Below, in pieces: positions 47,884 through 59,962 of a stretch of 64,000 bases of DNA. Within the stretch, counting starts at the first letter, position 1. Each line of letters begins with the position of its first letter. The notes under the pieces were generated by a model, which saw only the letters and a list, made by a program, of their open reading frames with translations, was not told the origin of the DNA and made no database searches. This DNA comes from Octopus sinensis (taxonomy: Eukaryota). The position numbers were made by a program, and so were the translations under genes. The DNA is taken from NCBI RefSeq assembly GCF_006345805.1, contig NC_042998.1, forward strand, positions 84,754,001 through 84,818,000. The letters are read 5' to 3'.

Positions 47884-49488
47884 ATTTAGGTAATTTAAAA
47901 CAAGAAGTTTGTGTCATAGAACCAGAGGCAGTCTCTGTAAAATGAGTAGAGAAACAAAGCCTCTAGTGTTTTATTGTGTTGCTATGCTTTTATTTCATGA
48001 AAGGCCTGGGCTGACAAGTTAAGGTGATTTTCAGAAAAACAAGTCCGCTGATTCTCACTTCTCTCTCAACTTTTTCCTTTATCCCATACACACCAAATTT
48101 GCTATCTCCTAATAACTTTCTGAACGTCTGGCTATGTAGTTGACACTTGGAGTTCAACTCAAAGTCTGAAGTGATGTGTCATTTTTTTTGCTTTTATTGT
48201 GGAAATCCTTGGTACCACATTTCACCAAAGCCAAACTATCGGCTGTGTCATTGCAATTCTAATGAATATGTGTATGCTTGAAGGCTGATTTACATTTCTT
48301 TTTCACTTTCATCACTTACCCTCATATTAAAACATACCTTCCTCTGCAACTTCTGTTTTCTACTCTCTGGCTCTGCAAACACCCCTTCTTTCCTATACCA
48401 CTCCAATGTTTTCTGCACCACCTTCTTAAACAGAGGCATGAATCTTCATGACCGTTTTATCAGAAGCCCTTCAGCCCTTAACCACACTCAACAAGTACCT
48501 TCAAATGCTTCTGTCACAGTTTCCCTTCAACCCAAACACCACATCTAACTCCAAATCCCAGTACCAAGTCACTTAAAACTTTTCGATTAGCACAATGAGG
48601 GCAAATCTGTGATCTTCCATTTCAATTTATCATTTTATTTTAATTCATTAACCACTGTTCAGTATATAGAGTTTCTGAAAACCACAAACCCTTGCAGTCT
48701 CTTAAACATAAAAAAATGACTTTTCATGTTTGAAACATATTTTTCTAAACAAACAATTCCTCTTTTCATAATTTCAGTCCTACCCCTTCTGTCTACCTCC
48801 CCAACTTTATGAGCATTATGAGTAATATATGCTTGCATACATTGAGATACATTCCTGCCTCTTACATCTGTTCCTTTACTCTTTCTCTCTCATGGTGGTC
48901 TTACCCATTCCATTTTATTTTACCTATGCCTTACTGATCTGTTAAAGAAAGCCCTTTCTTGGTTACTCACTCATGCCTTGCTCTTTCCTCCTACATAACT
49001 TCCTCCCTTATAGATTCTTCAAATGCAGTAATGCATTCTTAAACCTTTAGAAAATGCTTACTGTAACCTAGTAGTCAGGGATTCCAACCCCTAAGGCCAT
49101 GAGTTCGATTCCTGGACTAGGTAGTATGTTGTATCTGAGCAAGACACTTTATGTTGTTCCAGTGTGCTCAGCCGTAATGAATACCAGCTCCCCTCCCCTT
49201 CCAGTTGTCACATTCTAGATGTTCTGCTGGGTCAAGTTGGGAGAGCAGAAAGAATGTCTGTATTTGCTTGTGACTACATAGACATGTAAAACAATTAGTA
49301 ACAGTATGGTGCTTACTGCCAAATCATACTTGTGAGTGATGGCCATGGTCTTTTATGTACATTTGAATAAATGTATACAAACACATACACACATACATGT
49401 GTATGTATGCACATCCCTCCTCCTTGTATGCATCACATTTTTGTCCCCTTTCCAAATAATGTAAAAATATTTTCTACCTTGTGAGTAT

Positions 49489-49550
49489 GTGAGTATATGT
49501 ATACATATATGCAGGCTGGTATATATGTGTGTGTGTATATATATAATATA

Positions 49551-49604
<54 letters not shown>

Positions 49605-49608
49605 ATGT

Positions 49609-49656
<48 letters not shown>

Positions 49657-49742
49657 TGTGTGTATATGTGTGTGTGTGTATATGTGTGTGTGTATATATG
49701 GTGTGTGTGTGTATATATGTGTGTGTGGTGTATATATGTGTG

Positions 49743-49776
<34 letters not shown>

Positions 49777-49951
49777 ATATATATGTGTGTGTGTGTGTAT
49801 GTATATATGTGTTGTGTGTGTGTGTGTATATATATATGTGTGTTGTGTGTGTGTGTGTATGTATATATGTGTGTGTGTGTGTGTATATATATATGTATGT
49901 ATGTGTCTATATGTGTGTATATATATGTGTGTGTGTGTGTGTATATATATA

Positions 49952-49980
<29 letters not shown>
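49489..49980. repeat. Compound (TA)n/(TG)n microsatellite, ~490 bp
   Basis: Nearly uninterrupted alternating purine-pyrimidine sequence; source of the spurious C/V/Y/I ORFs. Confidence 0.95.
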
Positions 49981-49982
<2 letters not shown>

Positions 49983-49999
49983 TAGGTTTGGAGGGTATT

Positions 50000-50358
50000 A
50001 TATATTAGAAGAAATAAGGTACTCAGAAATCTGGATGGGTTTATATTTACAGATTTTTATTAATATGTCACATGTTTTTATAAATCATATATTATCGCTT
50101 GCATCCACTCTAGTGGATTCTTCAGTTTTTACCTATGCCTTACTGATCTGTTAAAGAAAGCCCTTTCTTTCTTGGCTACTCACTCATGCCTTGCCCTTTC
50201 CTCCTACATAACTTCCTCCCTTATAGATTCTTCAAATGCAGTAGTGTATCCTTGTGCAAGTGCTAATATATGATTTATAAAAACATGTGACATATTAATA
50301 AAAATCTGTAAATATAAAACCATTCAGATTTCTGAGTATCTTATTTCTTCTAATATAT
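50000..50358. mobile_element. Fold-back element: 104-bp inverted arms enclosing a ~120-bp copy of 48918-49040
   Basis: Arms 50000-50103 and 50255-50358 are reverse complements with ~5 mismatches; the internal 50127-50253 matches TTTTACCTATGCC...AAATGCAGTA 1.2 kb upstream. Confidence 0.85.
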
Positions 50359-50971
50359 ATATATATATATATATACATTCACGTACTCACAATACACATA
50401 TCACTGCTTCTCCTAACCTCCCTAAGCTCCAAGGGATATTAGTTTCAGTTTAAATGATCACTGTTCTTTTTCTCGTACTTCACTAAGTTACTTTAACACT
50501 GCCTGCCTACCAAACCCCTTTTCACTTAGTTATCTGATGGCAACCAATGTCATCTGAAACTATGGGCACACTGCACACTTGCTTGTGGTCACACAAGTCT
50601 TGGAACCTGCTACTAATCAATGCATACTGTTTTATAAGTGTATATCGCTTTCACAGGGGCCCCAGTGCATTACTTTGCCCAGGTGCCTATAATATTATTA
50701 AGATACACCCATCCCTCACAATGTGACCCCCTCCTTTTCAATGCCTATATTCTCAGTCATATCTCAAACTTTTTACAAACATCTGTCTCTATCAGATGAA
50801 ATCTTTAATTCAGTGAATCAAGATTCTCTTCTCTGCATATGAATTTACCATATTTACTAACTTCACTAAATAACCATTATCCTTATAAACAACTAGTTTC
50901 CTGAGACTATTCACTTTCCTTTTTGGTGTTTTTTTTTTAAATTTTGAATTATAATACAAAGTAGCTGCTTA

Positions 50972-51850
50972 TGAAATGGTATCAAAAAGTTCCTGGACTA
51001 ATTCTGTAGCACACCAATAGATACAGCACATACTTGCGTGTGCAGTGAGAGCTAGCAGTGACCTTCATGAGGCAATGTGTTGAGTGACATCGCTCTGTTT
51101 ACTTTGCAAGTTGTGAAATTTGTGTCTTTGTAATCATATGTATACTGTTGACTGTGATTTTGTCATGGAGCCAGTGTGAAATTTTGTGTTAAACTTGAGA
51201 AATCTGCTTCAGAGACATTGAGTATGCTTCAGCAAGCTTATGGCAACAAGGTAATGGGTTGTACACATTGTTTCAAGTGGTACAGGCACTTCAAAAGCAG
51301 AATGTCTCTGGAAGTTAATGAGCAATCTGGAAGACCTGCCATGATTGTCAACCCTGGAAATGTGGTATTATGCATTGACAATTCATCCTCCAGGGCCAGA
51401 TCGTCAATTGAGAATTCTAGTGAGTTTTGAAAGGTTAAAGAGAGGACATTCAGTGAATGTGACTGGGTTTATGGAGCATGAAGAATGGGATTCTTTACCG
51501 AGCTCTTGTCACTCATAAGTTTGTCGCCAAAAACAACATGGTATTGCTTCCACATTCACCTATTTGCCAGATTTAGCACCTGCAAACTTCCATCTCTTCT
51601 CCAAGATGAAAATGCAACTCAAAGGTCACTGTTTTAACACCATTGTCAAGATCCAGAGCAAATCATAGAAGGCCCTCAACCTGCTTACAGAAAACGACTT
51701 CCATGCCAGATTCCAAAAGTGGCAGGAATGCTGGGACCGGTATATTGCTGCACAGGGTGATTATTTTGAAGGAGATAATGTTAAAACTTATGTAATGAAG
51801 TTACTTTTCATTAAACGTAACCAGTCTGGGAACCTTTTGATACCACCTTG
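50972..51850 (+). mobile_element. Internally deleted mariner element
   Basis: TA|TGAAATGGTATCAAAAAGTTCCTGGACT ... AGTCTGGGAACCTTTTGATACCACCTTG|TA; ORF 51176-51430 KFCVKLEKSASETLSMLQQAYG; PDLAPANFHLFSKMKMQLKG. Confidence 0.9.
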
Positions 51851-52982
51851 TATGTTGGCAGTGATTTTTTTCAATCTCTTAAGTACCTCAGCCCTTTTTA
51901 AAATTTACACCCTATTTTTCTTTAACCTCTATATCTTATACACTACTGCTAATATCTTCCATTTCTCCCAATACTGATAGGTTCCATTAACAACACTGAA
52001 ATGTAATTATTTAAGAGAAAAATCTAAACACTCATCCCATATTTTTAAGTACAATACCATCCAACCCATGCCAGCATGGAAAGCAGATGTTAAACGATGA
52101 TGATGACTACTCATTTCACCGATTGTCTTTTCATAAACATCCTATTGTGAATTGTATTTTCATACGGTATCATGGCTAATAACTTTGCCTACTAATTGAA
52201 AGACAACTGATATCTATACATTATAGCTGAGTGCACAGACACGACCACATGGTTAACAAGTTTGCTTTGCAACCATGTGGTTTCAGCTTCAGTCCCACAA
52301 CAGACTATCCTGAACAAGTGTCTTCTGATAAAGCCCAGACTGACCAATATCGTGAATTAAACTGATCGGTGGAAACTGTACAGAAGCCCATTGTGTGTGT
52401 ATATGTGTTCATGTGGGTGTGCATATATGCAGCAATGTTGACATTCCATGGCTTTGCTTACCTCTGTTTGAGCGAAACAGTGATATGATGTTTATATTTC
52501 TTTGTTGGTGTTATGACCAATCACTCTGCATTCTCCAAGACTACTGGAATAAAAAATCCTTTACTTTAAAAACAAGTAGGGTTGGTGACAAGAAGGGCAT
52601 CTGGTTGTAAAATGCCACCTCAATTAAATCCCTGTTGAACCCAAACTAACATGAGTAAAAAACCCAGCTATAAATGAACAAGCACATAGCATTGAGGAAA
52701 GAATCCCTTTTAAAAATATTTACTTAAACAAATGAAACAGATATGCAATAGATTTCATAAATATCTAGCTTATATTTATGTGAAAAGTTAGATGCTAATT
52801 GTTATATTTTTGATAAATTGTTTACATTTAACTTTTTAATAATTTACTTAAAATTTTTAATAACTGTTTTCTTGCAAAATGCTAACTGTATGATTATTTG
52901 TGAAGATGAAATATAAAAGAAAATGTAATGAGTGTTATAAATTTAAAATGGGTTTTATTTTCTTTTTGTCTTTCTTTTGAAG

Positions 52983-53444
52983 AACCACCAGTTGAAAACA
53001 AGCCTGATAACATACAGTTAGCTTCTGCTACGACTGAGTCAGTTACAGTGACTTTAAAACCGAACCCTTTCAAAGAAACCCAAGGACCGATTATTAATTA
53101 CAACATAATTATTGCTACAGACAAAAGCATGAAGCATACTAATAAAAGGGAACTTCCCACCTGGAAAAAATTTAAAGATGATGGAAACATTAAAGCATAT
53201 CAGATATTTTGGAATTGCAGTAATCTTTATGAGAAGTCAAATGCTTGCAGCAATTTCCATAGTAAATCAAAACGGAGTTTAGATGAAGCTATTAAATATA
53301 GCATTGGCACTGAAAATTGTGAGAATGCGAAAAGCTTTTGCAATGGCCATTTAATGCCAGACACTGAATATTATATTAAAGTCAGAGCCTATACGTTTGA
53401 TGAATTTTCAGACACAGACTATTCACCAGCAATCAAAACTGAAA
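52983..53444 (+). CDS. RPTP exon E: membrane-proximal FN3-like domain (phase 1-1, 462 nt)
   Basis: tttgaag|AA CCA CCA...GAA A|gtaagt; GPIINYNIII...CNGHLMPDTEYYIKVRAYT...TDYSPAIKTE, typical of the juxtamembrane ectodomain segment of RPTPs. Confidence 0.92.
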
Positions 53445-54339
53445 GTAAGTAATGTATCATAGTTGATATTGATAAACACGTTCTCTTTGCAGCTTGAGAT
53501 TTTAGATTCATTATAAACATCTACATGGAATAGCTCCATTGGTTTTCTGAATGCAAAGCCTTCCAAATCATCACACTCTATTAATTCTCATCAATAATCA
53601 ATTACTCAAATTGATCTGTTCCTTCAATTAATTTGGATTCATTACAAACAGTAGTACCACACATGTTGACAGATCTTTGGTGAGAATACCATGGTCATTG
53701 TCAAAGCCACCACCATTATATTAAATTTGCCTTTCCATCCTTACATGTATTGAGTGAGTCCTTTCCCACACAGCATCCTGCTATTTATTGTTCCTTTGTC
53801 ATCAGCGTGAGGTCTAACATCCTAAGATCAGTTTTCATGAATTCTGCCCATGTCTTTCTCAGTCTTCCTCTTCTACTAATTCCTTCTACATAGACTTAGC
53901 TCTTGTTTACTCATCTATCATCATCCATCCGTAGTCTGAAAAGGAAGAAGGAAGACAAGCACTCAGTCCATCACAAATTGGTGAGGTAGATGTTGATAAT
54001 CAGTTCAACTTGAAATTCCACTGATTGATGTCTATGAGGAGAAAAAGACATGAACAGAAGGCTGTTCTAGAATGATGTGGGATTTTTCAGGGTGAAACAA
54101 ACTAAGAATGATTACTAGTGAAATGATAAATGAACTTGGTTGGAGTTTGTTGACATATTAGTAGTTCAGAAGATTAGAAGCCATTGTAATAGCATTAAAA
54201 AGGACAGAGTAATTAGTATAGTTATTGTCATGTGTTGGTAAGCAAATCGTTTCCAATTAATTGAATGGTGTTTGTATGTATGTGTGTGGTGTGGTGTGTG
54301 TGTGTAGTAGTGGTAGTAGCAACATTGCACTGGGTATCA

Positions 54340-54840
54340 TCATCATCATCATCATCATTTAGCGTCCGTTTTCCATGCTAGCATGGGTTGGACGGTTCAA
54401 CTGGGGTCTGGGGAGCCCGAAGGCTGCACCAGGCCAGTCAGATCTGGCAGTGTTTCTACAGCTGGATGCCCTTCCTAACGCCAACCACTCCGAGAGTGTA
54501 GTGGGTGATTTTATGTGCCACCGACACAGGTGCCAGACGAGGCTGGCGAACGGCCACGCTCGGATGGTGTTTTTATGTGCCACCGACACAGGTGCCAGAC
54601 GAGGCTGGCAGACGGCCACGCTCGGATGGTGTTTTTATGTGCCACCGACACAGGTGCCTGATGAGGCTGGCGGACGGCCACGATCGGATGGTGTTTGTTA
54701 CGTCCCCAAAGCACGGAGGCCAGTCTATGCGGTACTGGCTACGGCCACGTTCGGATGATTTTCTTGTGTGCCACCGGCACTGGTACCACAAAGATACAAA
54801 TTCCATTGATGTTCATCTATTTTGATTTGTTTTGATTTGA
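54340..54840 (-). mobile_element. Young RTE 3'-UTR copy with a ~62-bp internal tandem repeat (about 3 units, 54505-54700)
   Basis: Unit TTTTATGTGCCACCGACACAGGTGCCAGACGAGGCTGGC..ACGGCCACGCTCGGATGGTGT; CpGs preserved. Confidence 0.75.
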
Positions 54841-55974
54841 TTTATATGAGCTATATATTCTCATATGTTGTCATACTTATGCTTTGTAGAGGGCCTACAA
54901 CTCGTCAAGGATGAATTATTTTGTAATTCTGAAGAGGGGACCTAACCTTTGAGATACATTTTAGTAACACAATAAATTTTGTGATTGTCATGTGAAGTAA
55001 GGAAAAAATCATGAGGCATAGCATTTGTAGTAAAGAGGTTTTGGTGCTTGTAGTTCACAAATATGAAGAGTGTAGTGTTTGAAATTATATTCCTCATTTA
55101 TGCTATAATTTAGTGTTGTTAAAGCAAACTAGAGTTTCAGGTAAGTCCTCACTAAATGATCTTCTTGAGGTCTCCCTTCATGGAAACAAAAATGTCAGAA
55201 AACTGAAAAAAATTGCCTCTCCTTGATTAGTCATATGCCTTTACAGTTTGAGCTTGGATTTGCCTTTCATGCCTTTCAGATCAATTGATTAAGTACCAGT
55301 AAAGTAGTGGAGTCAACTTAATTGACAAAATATATCCATGATTTTATGATCTAGTGCCATTGCTAGAAATCGCTAATATTAATAATTATATTGATAATCT
55401 TATATCTGTTTGTCTGTTTGGTTATATGTATGTACACACATATGTACGTACATATATATGTATTAGATATCTATTTTATAGAGACTAATGGTTCATAAAC
55501 ATTAATTCTCATAGTTACTAGTAATTAATTGTGCAGAGTTTTAGTGAGTGTGAGATGAATCTCACCTAGCAAGTAACATAACATTCTCAGAATCTCTGGT
55601 AGCAATTCCCTGCATACAATTATTGTGAGCTGCAGTAGGTAGAACAAAGCCTGACTCAAAGATAATGAAGATATACCTGATATTCCAATAACATATCCAG
55701 ATAGGATTTCACATCTATCTCTCTATCTCTCTCTTTATTGCATCAAAGAAATGGGTAAATTGAATGTTAAGTGTAATTAATTGAAAAATAAAATTAAACA
55801 AAGGAAGCAGTAATTATATATTGCAAATTTTACACATTATTTTTCATTCTTTTTTAGTGTTTGTTCATTACTGTAATAATTTAGAAATGTAGTTTCATAT
55901 GTAATCGTCTGTTTGTGCTTGACAAGAAAAGTGAAAAATTTGTTTCTTCTCTCATAAAATTCTAAAGATATACT

Positions 55975-56401
55975 CATCATGATCATCATCATCTAGTATT
56001 TTAAATCCAGGTTTTGTCCCCATTAACGTGAGTGGCTGGATCTACCTCAATGCATTAGCAACTACCGTCACACCATCTTGCCATCTTGCCTGGTTTTGAG
56101 GGTCCTCCTTTTTCAAACTAACCCTCCCTATCTCCTCCTCCTCTACTTGTCCCCTCCACCTTTTCCTTGGTCTACCTTGCTTTTGCACTCCATTTACCTC
56201 AAACATAATCACCCTCCTCAGAACATGCTCTTCATCCCTCCTCCACACATGCCCATACTACCTCACTCCATTCACCCTTGCCAACCATTCCACCGATTCC
56301 TCCAACCCCAGCATTCCCATAAAATCCTCAGTCCTCCTCTTATCAAACAGCTTCACCCCACACATTTCTCTCACCATTGCTCTCTCAGTCCTTCTCAAAA
56401 T

Positions 56402-56444
<43 letters not shown>

Positions 56445-56930
56445 TCAGACACCATGTCTCATTCCCATACAGCATTGCAGCTTTCACACAACTCTTATAG
56501 ATCCTACCTTTCATCTTTAATGAGAACCTTTTCCCATATAACAACACTCCACATTCCCTGAACTTCATCCAGTCAAGTCTCACTCTTGCTGTCACAGCTG
56601 CTTCACATCCACCACTTACATCCACCATATCTTCCAAATAGCAAAAATCCTCTCACCGTTTCCACTTTGTCACATAGTGTTTCCACTGGTTCCGCCAGCC
56701 CTCCAGCTCCTTCTCACATCTTCCACAAACAAACTCTCTCTCCAGTCTTGGAGGTCACCTTCTTTATTTTCGTACATCCACCATGAATCCATTTCTCACA
56801 TCTTGTACACATCATTGCATTTGCCATTACCATCCTCCCACATACCCCACATGGGTCCACCTTACTCACCAGCACTTCTCCTTCCACCCTGCTCACCATC
56901 ACCTTTGTCTTCCCAAGGTAAATCCACCTT
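55975..56930 (-). mobile_element. RTE LINE 3' half with internal (GA)n
   Basis: PCGVCGRMV..NAMMCTRCEKWIH, GRIYKSCVKAAMLYGNETW and RGRPRKRW-type remnants. Confidence 0.8.
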
Positions 56931-57004
56931 CATTTAATAATATAAGATAATTACTTGTAATGTTGAATTTAATTTGTCATTGCACATTTACATTCTCGTT
57001 TCAG

Positions 57005-57164
57005 AAGAAAAAATGGAAGGTTATCTCATTGCAATTATTGTACTAATAATTCTACTAATTATTGTTGTGATTGTTGGCATTGTCCTATATATGGTGAGAA
57101 GAAAGAAAACAAAACCCAAGCCAGTTGTTCCAACAGACAGTCCTTACATTATGCAACCCACAAG
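57005..57164 (+). CDS. RPTP transmembrane exon (phase 1-2, 160 nt)
   Basis: tttcag|AA GAA AAA ATG...ACA AG|gtattt; KEKMEG-YLIAIIVLIILLIIVVIVGIVLYMV-RRKKTKPKPVVPTDSPYIMQPT: hydrophobic helix followed by a basic stop-transfer segment. Confidence 0.92.
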
Positions 57165-57984
57165 GTATTTAATAAAACAATTTTTGAAATTTCTGTAAAA
57201 AACATTTTTACTAGTGTTTCGTAATTCATGGTTGACCAAAGAATATAACACATTTTTGAGCACAAGTGATGACATTGAATCTTCTTGAAAACCAAATGCA
57301 CACAATTGTTTCTCTCTTTGGGCAAAATATTTAAGAAGGTACATTTTTTAGTTACTGTATTTGATGACCTATAAGATGCATGAGTACATAGAATGTACCC
57401 TAGCCTAGGCTATACTTTTGTAAAATAAATTACCGCTAAAATAATATTCCTCCACTTACCTGTATAACTTCATGTTATTACCAGTAATTATATGCAATAT
57501 ATTGCATCCACATTTGATATAAACAAACCATAGGCGATTGTTCACCAATAGATGGCAGCACACATTTTGTAAGCATACATACTGTTTTGAGCCTACATTG
57601 AGTGCAGTGGATGCAAGGGGTATTTTTAAAGCCATTTTGGGGTAAAAAAAGGTATGTCATATAGGCCATCAAATACTGTACCGACTACAATGTTTGTTGT
57701 GAAAAAATATCTTAGATAAACTAAAACTATACTGTCTAGGTTCATGTATGTTTAATATATACATATATATTTTCATCTTGCAAGTACTTGGTGACCTTGT
57801 CAGTGCAGGTACCACTTAAAAGCACCCAGTCCACACTGTAAAGTGGTTGGTGTTCAGAAGGGCATCCAGCTGTAAAAATCATGCTAAAACAGTCACAGAA
57901 GTCTGGTGCTGGCTTCTTCCTGGCCAGCTCTTGTGAAACCATCCCTCCCACCTCCCAAGCTAGCATGGAGGTTAAACGATGATG

Positions 57985-58067
<83 letters not shown>

Positions 58068-58089
58068 AAAGAGAGAGAGAGAGAGAGAA

Positions 58090-59715
58090 AGCTTTCCATA
58101 GAGTACCCTGCTGTGTGATGAGGTGTTCTCTTAGGAGGCTAGGGGTAGACAAATGGCTTGTGAAAGCAGTACAGGCCATATACAGAGATGTTGTTAGTGA
58201 GGTGAGAGTTAACTACAAATACAATGAAGAATTTGGTGTAATTGTAGGCATTCATTAAGGCTCGATCCTCATTCCCTTCCCTTTCATCATTGTCCTCCAG
58301 TCATAACAAAGGAATTCAAGACTGGCAGCCCCTGGGAACTACTATATACTGATGGTCTTGCCCTCATAGCTGATTCCATATCAGAGCTAGAAGAGAAATT
58401 CCAAGTGTGGAAGCAAACCTGGAATCTAAGGGCCTTAAGGTTAAAGACTAAGGTTTTAGTAAACAAGAAAGTACATAGGACCCTACCCACTTCAATTTGT
58501 AGGAAAGATGTAAGAGGAATTCTATATGGTGTACACATACAAGATGTGCAGTGGAATAATAGGAAGTTCATCAGAGAAAGTAGTGTTTGTATGTAGAAAA
58601 TGCACAGCAGCCACAAAAACTACAGAAACTTGAGAAATTGATTTTCTCAAATATCTCAATAGCCCTTTAGAAGTAGTAGACAATTTCTGCTATCTATGGA
58701 ACTGAATTAGTAGTGGGGGAGAATGCACAGAAACTGTAATAGCTATAATGAGAAGGATGGAGAAAATTCAGAGAACTTTTAACTCTATTGGCAACCAAAG
58801 GTCTCCCTCTGAGTGAAAGAAAGATTGTATGATGCATGTATACAAACAGCAATTCTACAGGAAGTAAGATATGGGCCTTGAATGCAGAGGACATGTGGAG
58901 GTTTGAGAGGAATGAAGCTAGTATGCTCTGCTGGATGTGCAATGTAAGTGTACATGTGTGTCAGAGCATGTGTGTTGAGAGAAAAGTTGACATAAGAGGA
59001 ATTAGATGTAGCATGCAAGAAGGAAGACTGCACTGGTTTGGCCATGTGATGTGAATGAATGCCAACAGCTCTATAAAGAAGTGCCAATCTCTCAAAGTGG
59101 ATGGAACACATTGAAGAGGGAAGCCTAGAAAAACATGGGGTGAAGTACTGAAAGATGACCTCAGGACACCGAACCTCTCAGAAGAGATAACAAAGGACCA
59201 AGATATCTGATACCTTGTACTCAAGAAGACCCATCTTCCACAGTAGAAGTGTTAAGACCCCTCCCTCTGATAAAGAGGGTTGGCCTGCAAAAGCCCTGTG
59301 CTGGTGCCACATTAAAGGCACTCATGCTGGCACCATGTATTAGATTGGTACATAATTATTGTGGCCTTTTTTCAATAAATTTTATTTAACAAAATGCCAA
59401 GCAGAAATTGAAGTAGATGGTGAATATGCTCCAGAATAATCATTTAAAGGTGTTTTTGTTAAATGTTATTTTGTTGTTGAATAAAATTTATTGAAAATGC
59501 CGCAATAATTTTGCACCAACCTAATACAAGTGCTCTAAAAGCACCCAACCCGCACTGTATGGTGATAGGCATTACGAAGGGCATCCAGCCATATAAACCA
59601 AGCCAAATCAAACTGGAACCTGATGTGGCTCTCCAGCTTGCCAGTGTTGGTTAAACCATCCAACCCATGCCAGTATGAAAAATAGACAAAGGATGATGAT
59701 GAGGAGGAGGAGGAA
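58090..59715 (+). mobile_element. RTE LINE 3' part (RT C-half plus 3' UTR to (GAT)n tail)
   Basis: GS.LIPFPFII, PWELLYTDGL, WRFERNEASML.WMC and LHWFGHV remnants, followed by the shared 3' UTR motif GAAGGGCATCCAGC. Confidence 0.8.
59340..59524. mobile_element. Mariner-derived MITE with Hsmar1/MADE1-like TIRs, TA TSD
   Basis: TA|TTAGATTGGTACATAATTATTGTGGC ... GCCGCAATAATTTTGCACCAACCTAA|TA; inverted arms extend ~60 bp. Confidence 0.85.
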
Positions 59716-59924
59716 GAGGAGGATATATATATCAGTCATGCTGGATGAAATATTTAATGGCATTTCTTCCATCTTCACATTCTAAGTTCAACTGGTGCTG
59801 GAGTCTGCTTTGCCTTTCATCCTTTCAGGGTTGATAAAATAAATACCAGTTGAGTACCGAGGTTGATATAATCAATTTACCTCCTCCCGCAAAATTGTTG
59901 ACCTTGTGCCAATATCTGAAACCA

Positions 59925-59962
<38 letters not shown>

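Noticed and set aside
49489-50154. Long 139-221 aa Cys/Val/Tyr/Ile-rich ORFs
   Set aside because: Translations of a (TA)/(TG) microsatellite, which lacks stop codons in those frames.
54505-54720. Regularly spaced direct repeats superficially like a CRISPR array
   Set aside because: Eukaryotic context; the units are contiguous ~62-bp tandem copies without unique spacers and are part of the RTE 3' UTR.
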